This document shows positions 52,743-64,000 of a DNA stretch of 64,000 bases, in pieces; position 1 is the stretch's first letter; every line of letters begins with the position of its first letter. The notes under the pieces are model-generated. The model saw only the letters and a program-made list of their open reading frames with translations. It was not told where the DNA came from and made no database searches. Source of the stretch: Octopus sinensis (lineage: Eukaryota); the NCBI RefSeq assembly GCF_006345805.1, contig NC_043008.1:9300001-9364000 (forward strand), written 5' to 3'. The position numbers were made by a program, and so were the translations under genes.

Positions 52743-52925
52743 TATTTATTATTATTTATTATTATTTATTTAAGGCACTGCCTGGAATTGAACTCGCAAT
52801 CTTGGGTTAGTAGCTCTTAGGCATATAACATAATGGTTAAGAGTGCAGGCTGCTAACCCCAAGATTCTGAGTTCAATTCCAGGCAGTGCCTTGAATAAAT
52901 AATAACAAGAATAATAACAAAAATC

Positions 52926-52974
<49 letters not shown>

Positions 52975-53040
52975 TAATAATATCAGCAAAAAGAATACCT
53001 TAGGAATGAGAACCTAGTGTTGGGTTCAAAATTTTACCAG

Positions 53041-53086
53041 GACACCTGATGAAGGCTGGAGAGTAAATCAGCCGAAACGTTGTGGT
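53041..53086 (+). ncRNA. Minimal (dimer-type) hammerhead ribozyme motif
   Basis: GACAC-CUGAUGA-A-GGCUG-gagaguaaau-CAGCC-GAA-ACGU-U-GUGGU. Stem III is reduced to the palindrome ACGU, stem I is CAC/GUG, and cleavage would follow GUU. Confidence 0.65.
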
Positions 53087-53831
53087 AACAACAAACAAGA
53101 TGACACAAATCTATCCAATGTAAATAATGTAAATAGTGTTATATATATATATTTGTATGTCTGTGCATTATTGTGCATGAGTGTGTATGCATGTATAAGC
53201 ATATGTTTGGGTGATTGTATATATATTAATGGGTGTGTATGTGTATCTGTATGTATTTATGTTTGTGTGTATGCACTCATGAGTGTATGTATGTATATGT
53301 GTATATGTATGTCTATTGGTTTCACATTTTAGCACAAAGCCAGCAATTTCGAGGTTGGGATTGAGGGAGGGATTACATCAACCCCAGTACTCAACTGGTA
53401 CTTTTTTTACCAACTCCAACACACAACAGCCTTCTTTCTGTTTTCATCTACTAAATCCACTCACAAGGCTTTGCTTGGCCCGAGGTTATAGTAAAAGAAA
53501 CTTGCCCAAGGTTCCACACAGTGGAACTGAACCCAGAACCATGTGACTGGAAAACAAGCTTCTTACCACACAGCCACACCTGTACCTATGTATGTATATC
53601 ATTCTGTTTGAAAGTGTATAAAGATTTAGCAGCTGAGATTTTTGTTTAAACTACACACCTGCATATATAAAATACGCATAAAGCTACAAGACCCCCACAT
53701 ATCAATAGCTCTTTGTTGCCAAATAGAAAGAAGCTTTTGCACCATGCAACTGCTCGTCACAACTCTAATTTGCATAACGAATATGCTATATATGGTAACT
53801 CTTCGATTAAAAAGATAATGAATGATAAAAA

Positions 53832-54330
53832 GTGAAGTATATTTGCCACTTAAATGTGGCTAACCACTAAGGGTGGATGCTACTGTATCTTGTAGCCCCA
53901 GGAGAACATCTTCTCCAGCTGGCTATTGACACACTTTCTGTGCCCTATCGGTATTTGCAAAGGGAAGCCATCCTTCCCATCATCGACCTGATGTGATATA
54001 CATGGACCCGGGTTTCTGGGTATTTACCCATCGTCAGTGCACGACAATCACCGGTCTTCGATGCGAAGGGGTCCCAATGCAAATACATATATCCTTTTTC
54101 AGTGACGAAAAGTCACTGATCATGCACTGACGATGGGTAAATATTCAGAAACCCAGGTCCGTGCGTACCACATCAAGTCGATGATGGGAAGGATGGCTTC
54201 CCTTTGCAAATACTGATAGGGCACAGAAAGTGTATCAATAGCCAGCTGGAGAAGATGTTCTCCTGGGGCTACAAGCTACAGTAGCATCCACCCTTAATGG
54301 TTAGCCACATTTAATTGGCAAATATACTTC
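53832..54330. mobile_element. ~500-bp fold-back element (~210-bp arms) with HHR-like cores; partial relative at 20420-20660
   Basis: GTGAAGTATATTTGCCACTTAAATGTGGCTAACC... and ...GGTTAGCCACATTTAATTGGCAAATATACTTCAC. Confidence 0.85.
54001..54159. ncRNA. Pair of inverted hammerhead-like cores
   Basis: Minus 54001-54041: CUGACGA-UGGGU-aaau-ACCCA-GAAAC-CCGG-GUC. Plus 54127-54159: CUGACGA-UGGGUaaauAUUCA-GAAAC-CCAG-GUC. Stem I pairs only with a 2-nt offset, so activity is uncertain. Confidence 0.5.
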
Positions 54331-56580
54331 ACATTGTCGTGCAGCTACTGTTTATACCTCGTTCAGAGCTTTATTAATGATAAAAAGATTAATCCAGTTA
54401 GATCTGCCATGTAAAATATGAGGGTGAGAGAGTTCTAAATACAAAAAAATAACTTACCTGATGAAATTCTGGATGCCTCACATGTAAATTAGATTGGCAC
54501 TGGCTCTTTCAAGACTGAAACTTAAAGGAAAAGTAAATCCTGGATGAAAATCAAATCTTTGAATTCATTCCAATTTAACCAAAATTTTGGTAAATGTTTG
54601 GAACCTAGATGTTCAAGAAAACAATAAAAGGCAGCTTGACAATGTTGAAATGGTAAAGACATGCCTGAAATATTATGGGAATTTTATGAACATGTTCCGG
54701 GTGAGTAAATCTAGTTAGAATTAAGTGTCAAGGAATATAAGCATGGTATGAATTTATGCATCTGTGTATGCATTCATGTGGAACATCAGATTCGTCAGTG
54801 CTGAAGAGAGCGATACATTCTTTAATGTTACATCAAAGTGTAATTTTATAGAACTAAATCAAAGACCTTCTTATAAAATATGCTGATTTTAAATTTATAT
54901 AACAAATGACTAATTAAGCAATATTTTGCACAACAGGATAGATTTATGATAGTGCTTAGACTTTGCTGAAATGTTTGAGGCCATTCATTTGCAATACATT
55001 CTATATATGTGTATATACATATATTGTTTTGGTTTACAGCCCTCAACGTTTGCTTTTAATGTTTTGTTCTCATTGTCCTGTTCTTGTTACCACTTTCAGC
55101 CTCCGCAAAAAATCCTAAATTTTATTTAATTTGCTTTGTGGGAAGGAGTTTCAACAAAGTTGCATATTGTCCTTACCTCCGAAATGCAGAGTAGATGAAA
55201 CAGGGACAACTGAAGAAGGGGAATGTTCTTTATGTTTCATGTCATGTTTCTCTGTTTTTTTGTTGTTCGAAGAAAAAGTTTGTTTTCTATGTTTTTGTTT
55301 TTATGTTTTCGTTTCTCATTGTGTTCAACGTTTTTTTGATGTCCTGTACCCATATATGAATTCATGAATTTATTTATTTATTAGTTTTTTGAAATACATA
55401 TTCTACCTGTGAATTTGCATGTGTAATCTGGGAATGCATGCAATGAGCTTCTGTACAGAAAACACTTGGTGAGAAATGGAGAAAAATTTGAAGAAAGAAG
55501 GAAAAAATAATAATAATAATAATTACAACAGCATCAGCAAAAATAATGATAATTGTTTCTGATTAAGGCACAAGGCCAGCAATTTGAGGGGAAGGGGTCA
55601 AGCTGATATCTTCAACTCCAGTACTTGACTGGTTCTTTATTTTATTGACCACGAAAAGAGGAAAACTCAAAGCTGACCCTGGTGAGATTTAACATCAGAA
55701 TATAAAGAGGTGTACTTACATATAAGAGAACAAAGTGTACGTACACCGCTATATATATATATATATATATATAAAATAAAATACAAAATGGGACAAGAAC
55801 GCAAAACATCTGGACAACTAGGTGATACAAAAGGGGACAACAAAACATCCAGATAGACGATACAAAAAAACAAGGACGGGTCATTCGAAGCCTTTTATCT
55901 TCAGTCAAGAACCGGATCATCCTTGCAATTTTGGTTGATTAATCTTGAGATTGCTCCAATCTGGCCAGCCCCAAGGAAAAACTAAGCTAAGAGCATTAGA
56001 TTCCTTGGAAAAAAGCATCGAATGTATACGAAACAAGGACGGAAAAACAGACGATATTACACGAATATAAATACAAAAATACAATAAAAAAACAATAATA
56101 TAAAGAGGTGTAGCTACATACAGCAAAGCATGATAGCCAAGACATCATTAGTTGCCTTGACAACAATACGACTATTATTATTACTACTATTACCACTCCA
56201 TTCCCTAGAAAAAACAGAATGGATCTGAATGTGATTCTGAAAATATATAGAGTTAGAAATACATCAAATTATCACTATTTATATAACTGACTTCTGATTT
56301 AAGGGAATAAACGTCTTTTTGGATGTATATAAATAGATAGATGGATCACATGACTTAGGATTCACCAGGAAATATATTCTAGTCATTTCTCATGTAGAAA
56401 GAAAAATCCATGTCCATAATATCTGCAGTTTATACATACATATATATATAGATACATATATATATGCATATTAAAATATATATATATATACACATGCATA
56501 TTTTATATATGTATCTATATATATCTATATATATCTATATTTATATATATATATATATGTATATATATGTATATATATGG

Positions 56581-56614
<34 letters not shown>

Positions 56615-56625
56615 GTATATACATA

Positions 56626-56677
<52 letters not shown>

Positions 56678-57685
56678 GTGTGTGTATATATATATATATA
56701 TATAATATATATATATGTATATATATATGTATATATATATGTATATATATATGTATATACATATATATATATATATATTCTTCCGATCCATTACGTTCAG
56801 TGTAGGTGTTAGTGATATCTTAATATGTAGGGAGATAAAAACAAAAAACAAAAAAAAAACATTACCCCAAGCAATGTCGTTAAGATATATTTATATATTA
56901 TGTTTAATAATATTCTCGGTATTGAGTGAGAGAATTCTTGGCAACACAAATGGCTGCTTATATTCAATATAAAACAAATTGCATAGGAGTTTTATTATAT
57001 TTTATTATATTTTATTTTATTTTATTTTATTTTATTTTATTTAGTTAGCAATATTGTTGTTACCAGGAGAATCACCAGCCTCCAGTTAGTTTTGTTCTAT
57101 TTATGCAATATATAAATGCAGCACCAATTATTTTCTTTATTTTTAAGCCCACGAGTTTGGACAGAATCGGAAGGTTGTTGGTGCCGCTCTGGCAGCAGTC
57201 TGTGGCATTGTGTATTGAACAACGTCAGTTCTTTGTAAAAGGTGCCACACTCGATGCATGTTGCAAGGGGGTTTTGTTGGCTGGTCTGAGGTGGTGACTA
57301 GTGGAGTTGATGAATGAAAATGAATTTCTTAGGCTGTGTTAAGAAGGAACCGAACAACACCTGTGAACATTTAACAGGTGTTATTATTGCACTGTGAACG
57401 CGTGTGGCTTGGTGGTTAGAGCATTCAACTTGCGATTGAGAGATCATGAGTAAAAGAAAGAAGTAAAAACATATAATAATGGTTTCAAATTTTGCCACAG
57501 GGGCAGGCATTTTTACGGAGGGGATGGGCCGATTACAGTAACCCCAGTGTTTCATTGGTACATAATTTATTGACCCTGAAAGGCAAAGTCAACCTCAGCA
57601 GAGTTTGAACTCAAAACACGAAGACAGACAACATACTGCTAAGCATTTTACCCAGCATGCTAACAATGCTGCCAGCTCACCACCT

Positions 57686-57735
<50 letters not shown>

Positions 57736-58576
57736 CCTTTCTACTGAAGTTACAAGGCCTGAAATTTGTGGGGAGTGGGTAAGTCTATTGCATTGACCCT
57801 GGTAGTTGACTGGTACCCATTTTATTAACCCTGGGACAATGAAATGCAAAGCTGACCATGGCAGAATTTGAACTCAGAACATAAAGGGCTGGAAAAATAC
57901 TACTAAGCATTTTGTGCAACACATGGACCAATCTGCGGTTGGCCCATCATAACTGGAAACCACAGAGCTGTACTCATGGCAATAGAGATTCCTGACATCT
58001 ATCTGCTATCTGTCTTAATCGTCTTCCTGGGTTGTCTGGCTGTGGCAAAGAAAGGAGACACAATGCACAGCTAACTCAACATTCTGCCTGGAAAGAAGTG
58101 AGATGTGGGAACAAGTCAGCTGGTCTCAATGCTCTGCAAAGAGCATCGGCTCTAAAAAGGGCACAAGGAGAAGATTCTAGAAAATTGAATCACATAATGG
58201 CTTGATTCAATTGGTTGTTTAATACACCAATCATGTGAAACTATTCGGAAAGAGTCAGTAGCTTTCTTAAGAAGATGGAACTCCATACCACACAAGTAAG
58301 GTATCACAAACCAGCACCGTACATATACAAAAATTAATCATATTCCTTGCTTTATGGTATGTCATCTAATCAGTCCCATTTATATATGTATGTATGATTG
58401 TATGTATATATCATCATCATCATCATCATCGTTTAACGTCCGTTTTCCATGCTAGCATGGGTTAGATGGTTCAACCGGGGTCTGGGAAGCCAGGAGGCTG
58501 CACCAGGCTCCAGTCTGATCTGGCAGTGTTTCTACAGCTGGATGCCCTTCCTAACGCCAACCACTCCGTGATTGTA

Positions 58577-58679
<103 letters not shown>

Positions 58680-60767
58680 TTATACTTGTACATATGTCTA
58701 TATATGTGTGTATGTATACATTTGAACACACACACACATGCACAGATACACACATTTTATTTTTTACTTGTTTCAGTTTTTAGACTGTGGCCATGCTGGG
58801 GCACTGCCTTGGAGATTTTTTTTGTCAAATGAGTTGGCCCCTGTACTTAGTTTTTTTCTTAATGCCTGGTACTTATTATATTGGTCACTTTTGTCAAACC
58901 GTTAAGTTACAGGGATGTAAACGCACCAACACCAGTTGTCAAGTCATGGTGAAGAACAAACACATATACAAAGATGTACACACACACACATGCACACACA
59001 AGCACGCACACATATATGTATATGTATGAATATGTATGTATGTTTGTGTGTGTGTGAGTGTGTGTATGTGTGATGGGATTCTTTCAGTTTCCATCTGCCA
59101 GATCTACTCACAAGGCTTTGGTTGGCCTGAGGTCCATGGTAAAAGATACTTATCCAATGTGCCAGGAGGTGGGACTGAACCAGGACCCATGTGGTTGGGA
59201 AGCAAACTTCTTGTCACACAGCCATGCCTGTTTCTATACTGATACCAACATCCATATGTGTGTGTGGGTGTACATAAGAGTGTTTGTGTGGTTTGGTATT
59301 TAAAGCTTTTCAATGATGAGGAAATAGAAAGTAAAGTACAAATTGATCCCAATAAGCAACAATATAAATTAATGACTGATGTTAGCTTCATAAAAGGAAG
59401 CCAGCAAGAAAGAAATTTTTACCATTAAAAATAATTAAAAAAATGTTGAATAAATAAAAAATAAAATAAATACAAACTGTTTAAACAAATGGCAACTCTA
59501 GGAGGATCCTCCTACTTAGAAAAATATTAACTATTAACAAAGGAAGAGGAAGACAGTTCTCTGTGGACATTGAGAACAATATCTGTAGGACAATTTTGCT
59601 TTTGTCATTTAAATCCAGGATAGCAGACTCAAGAAGTTCCTAAACAAAGAAACATGTCTATTTTGCTATGAGTGACTGAACAAAAGACGACATCCATTTC
59701 AGTGAGTAAGATTAAAAGCAAAGAGAGAAACAAATATGAATATATATTTTTTTTTTAAATGTGAAGAGTGGTTATCATTTATGAATAATTTTAATGAATG
59801 ACGATATTGTCTGTAATATCATTTGTCTGAAAGTGAAAGTAAAATTGCTGTGTGGATAAGGTGCGTTTGGATTTCCAGCTCATAAATTTTGTGTTCAATT
59901 CATCTCGTTATTGGCAGTAAAATAGACCTAAAGGCAAATCTCTTAATGTTTGTTTGAGACGAAGGAGATTCTTCATTATTATCAGAAAAGTTTTTCAGTT
60001 CAAAACTTCTACAATATGTTTGTGGAGTATTTGGTTAATGGGTTGTTCTAATCAGTTTCCATGGGCTTGCAATGGTTAATGAACACGGCCCCTTCATCAA
60101 GACCAAAGTAATAAAAAAAAAAGAAGTATAATTAATTCTATAATTTTAGTTTACTAATGTGTTGGGAAAGTTAAAATGATTATCTTGGAATGTAACTTGA
60201 ACTCACTCTCATCTGGTTTATGTCATGAAACTAGAGCTAAAAGCTTGACCTCAAAAGTTTCCCACACTTTCTGGTTTAGTGGTTAGGGTGTCAGCACCAT
60301 AATCGTAAGATTGTGGTTTCGATTCCTGGGCTAGGCGATGCGTTGTGCTCATGAGCAAAACACTTCATTTTACATTGCTCCAGTCCACTCAGTTGGCAAA
60401 AATGAGTAACGCTGTGATGGACTAGCAGGCATCCCGTACAGCTGGGGAACATGTACGCCATATAAACCAGGAAACTGGGCCCATGAGTCTGGATAGGCTT
60501 TGAAAGGGCGTATTCATTTATTTATTTTTCTTATTTCTATGAAATGAAAGCTGACATTGAGTTGGATGGATTTTATTTTAGGCAGATTTTCTATGGCCAA
60601 ATGCCCTTCCTATCACCAACTGTTACCTATTTCTGAGCAAGGTAATACTTCAACTTGGTTATGCAAAATACTGGAAATTGACAACACTTCTTGTACGAAG
60701 GTGACAATCATTTACAACTATCAAGCAATGTGAAGACAAGGAAACACAAAAATGCCTGCACACACCA

Positions 60768-60803
<36 letters not shown>

Positions 60804-61132
60804 ACATGCCCACACACATTCACACACACACAGACACACACATTCGCATACATTGAAGTAATATAAAAAGCAGACTTCTTTTCGTCTCCCATCAACCAAA
60901 TCCACTCACAAGGCTTTGGTTGCCCTAGAGCAGTCATCATCATCATCGTTTACCGTCTGCTTTCCATGCTGGAGCACTGCCTTTAGTCAAGCAAATCGAC
61001 CCCAGGACTTATTCTTTGTAAGCCTAGTACTTATTTTATTGATCTCTTTTGCCGAACCGCTAAATTACGGGGACCTAAACACACCAGCATCGGTTGTCAA
61101 ACGATGTTGGGAGGACAAACACAGACACACAA

Positions 61133-61191
<59 letters not shown>

Positions 61192-61691
61192 CATACCTAT
61201 ATACGACAGACTTCTTTCATTTTCCGTCTACCAAATCCACTTCCAAGGCTTTGGTCGGCCCGAGGCTTTAGTAGAAGACACTTGACCAAGGTGCCACGCA
61301 GTGGGAATGAACCCAGGAACCATGTGGTTGGTAAGCAAGCTGCTTACCACACGGCTACTCCTGCGCTGTATCTAATAACACTGTAACTGTAACACAGACA
61401 CAACAGAAAATATGGAAGAGATGGAAAGCAAACATGAAACCAGAGAAAAAAGCATCCAGAATAGTATTTAGTTGTGTTTATTTAATGACAGTTAATAATG
61501 TTCTGCTTCACTCCATATATTATGAATGATAATCGTCGGATGCATTCCCCAAATGGACAATTATTTGGTGTTTAAATATATCGCATTACAAGTGTAATTC
61601 CCTCTGGTCGTTTTCATCTGAAAGTTATACATGACCTTTGAAAAGATCTCGTATAGAGAGAGCTAGATGTGACACTGCATGAGCGTGTGTG

Positions 61692-61725
<34 letters not shown>

Positions 61726-61916
61726 TTGTATCTATTTATCTGTCTGTCTCTCTCCCCTCCTCTCTCCCCCTCTGTCATCTCTCTCTCTCTTGCTCTCTCT
61801 CTATATACATATGTGCATATATGGCTACATATATGTATACATGTATGTATATATATATATATACATGTATGTATATATATATATATATATTATATATATA
61901 TACATATACATATATG

Positions 61917-61949
<33 letters not shown>

Positions 61950-62539
61950 ATGTATGCATATATATATATAATATATAATATATATATATATGTAATACAT
62001 ATATATACATAATATATATATATGCATGCATGCACACACAAACACATGCGTGCACACACACACACACACACACATGCACACATATATCATCTTCTTGAAA
62101 CATCTGTTTTCCACTCTGGCATCGGCTGGATGGTTTGATAGGATCCAGTGAGCTGCAAGGTAGAAATAGTGTGGCCAGGAATAATAATGAGGAACTGAAG
62201 TGGTTTTAGGTGTTGGAGGGAGGGAGGAAGGGAGGAAGGTAGGCATCAGAAAGGAGGGGATGTAATATGGGGCCGATTTTGCTCTCAGGCAATAACAGCC
62301 ACCACATACTACCATCGATAGAAGAATGATAGGTATTAAGGGAATGAGAACTGGGGGAAATAATGCTTGATGGTATAGAAGGAGAGAGAAGTGAGACAGG
62401 GCCCTGCACCTATAAACATAACTGAGTGGTTTTAGGATATCATGTTTGCCATGATGGATTGGTCTTCTCAAGAATAGTAAATCACCAAATATATATCAGC
62501 CCTCTGTCGTCTTTTCTATAAGGCTCAACATTTTAAGCC

Positions 62540-62960
62540 ATCAAAACTTCATCCTGGATCTTCATGGATCTTCCTGGATCTCCCTGTTCCACAAATTCTG
62601 TGCATTTTAAGCAATTGGCACTTTTTTATACAACTGTTCTCATCCATATGCATCACATTATCAAAGCAGTGTCTTCTCTCTTGCGCATTACGGCTGATTC
62701 TTCTTATGTCTAATTTTCCCCTCAGCACCATTAACACTTTATCGTACAAGCACACTGACATTGCACATCCAATGAAACATACTAGCTTCATTCCTCTCTA
62801 GTTTTCACAGATCTACATTCAGGGCCCACCGCTCACTACCTTGTAACATTGCTGCACATGCACCAGCATCACATAATCTGCCTTTCACTCAGAGAGAAAG
62901 ACCTTTTGTTGCCAACAGGGGTTATAGCTCTCCTGGCTTTCTCTCCATCCTGTTTTCATT
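62540..62960 (-). mobile_element. RTE LINE C-terminal fragment
   Basis: ..LRGKLDIRRI..QERR..MHMDENSCIKKC..GTGRSRK, the same family as 10420-11000. Confidence 0.7.
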
Positions 62961-63109
62961 CTAACAACAAATTGGAGATGGGGGTTATGTGATTTTTGAA
63001 CGCATCAAAAAGCTGTCAGTGGATATACACTCTTTTGCAGCAGTCAATACTGTGTCTAACACGACCCATCATCTGAAATTTTGAGACTTCTGTCAGGTTT
63101 TTGTCTTAC

Positions 63110-63560
63110 ATCACACATAAAGTAAATTTTGAGGAACTGTGGTTATTCATTTGCGGGTAACAGGGAACCAATGAGGTGATAGACTTGCCCTTGAACTTTG
63201 ACGTTGGGGTAAATTCATGTTTATCTATCTTCTTAGATGCACTAAACGATGCTATTTGAAATGCAGAGTTGTATTGTCTGATATTGTTCACAAAATCCTT
63301 TGACTGGATGGAAATGCCTTCAGGAAGATCCATAAGAGGTTGAGAAGGAGCTGGTAGTGCTGGCAATGTTACCTGACTGCCTGGGCAGCACATACCATTT
63401 GTTTCATTTGAAAATTTTAAAGCTCTACATAAACGACAATTTGTGTTTAGCACACCAATTTGGACAGAGTTATCATTTTTATAAGAATGGAACGGATCAT
63501 ATCTGAAAATAGCTTCAGGAGTTGTGAAGAACGAATTTGTACATTGTCTGTTTCTGAGAG
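63110..63560 (-). mobile_element. Helitron Rep/helicase N-terminal fragment (frameshifted)
   Basis: CRLCRALKFSNETNGMCC..LPALPAP..FVNNIRQYNSAFQIASFSA..FTPT..(frameshift)QGQVYHLIGSLLP, typical of the Helitron N-terminal region. Confidence 0.85.
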
Positions 63561-64000
63561 CTATTCTATTGGACTTCAGTCTAATCATTAAAACATTGAA
63601 ACACACACATTATTTATGTGTGTGTGTGTGCGTGTTTGGATGTATAGAATTTCTTCCGTAATATTTGATTTGACTTTATAATTTCATTTCATTCTGCTGA
63701 GGCTGCTTTTCTCCACTGACCATTGTCAATGCCGTAATTTATTTCTATGAAATATGGAAATCAAATTAATAGAATTATTGATTCCTCATCAACAGACAAG
63801 GATTAGAATCATTTATCTGTGCACGAGAGAGAGAGAGAGTGTACTTTCATATGTCCTTACTTCTGTGTGTACGTATATGTGTGTTTGTTTCTAAGTGTGT
63901 ATATGTGAATTAATTTCAAGTCATAGGTTTAATTTCGTATTAGGGCACAAAAGACACGGGCTTTTGCAAGTGGGATGAAAGAATGAGAAGTTGGGATTAA

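Larger units (their letters stand above)
52505..53136. mobile_element. Head-to-head inverted pair of a tRNA-headed, (AAT)n-containing element ending in a hammerhead motif
   Basis: Arms ~52547-52814 (minus) and ~52848-53130 (plus); head TAATGGTTAAGAGTGCAGGCTGCTAACCCCAAGATTCTGAGTTCAATTCC. Confidence 0.75.

Noticed and set aside
55865-55910. CUGAAGA...GAAUGACCCGUC on the minus strand within a dispersed repeat
   Set aside because: GAAA is broken and stem I does not pair; insufficient support.

Overview
AT-rich, microsatellite-dense eukaryotic DNA. The SINE families and repeat landscape suggest an octopus (cephalopod) genome; this is inferred, not searched. The first 24 kb hold three spliced housekeeping genes, reconstructed exon by exon: PIGP (+, 4 coding exons, 133 aa), TRAPPC4 (-, 5 exons, 216 aa; convergent with PIGP) and NGRN/neugrin (+, 2 exons, 450 aa; divergent from TRAPPC4). 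The remaining 40 kb has no protein gene I can support. It is filled with tRNA-derived SINEs, LINE fragments (RTE, R4/Dong, HERO, CR1-like), mariner/maT relics, piggyBac-type MITEs, a Helitron fragment, long fold-back palindromes and satellites. The most notable hidden signal is a set of hammerhead-ribozyme (HHR) motifs from several different non-coding, Penelope-like/retrozyme-like repeat families. One has a fully intact core (6405-6483, minus strand), lying in PIGP intron 3 and downstream of TRAPPC4. Another sits at the 3' end of a tRNA-headed SINE-like element. All calls come from manual reading; no database search or folding program was run.
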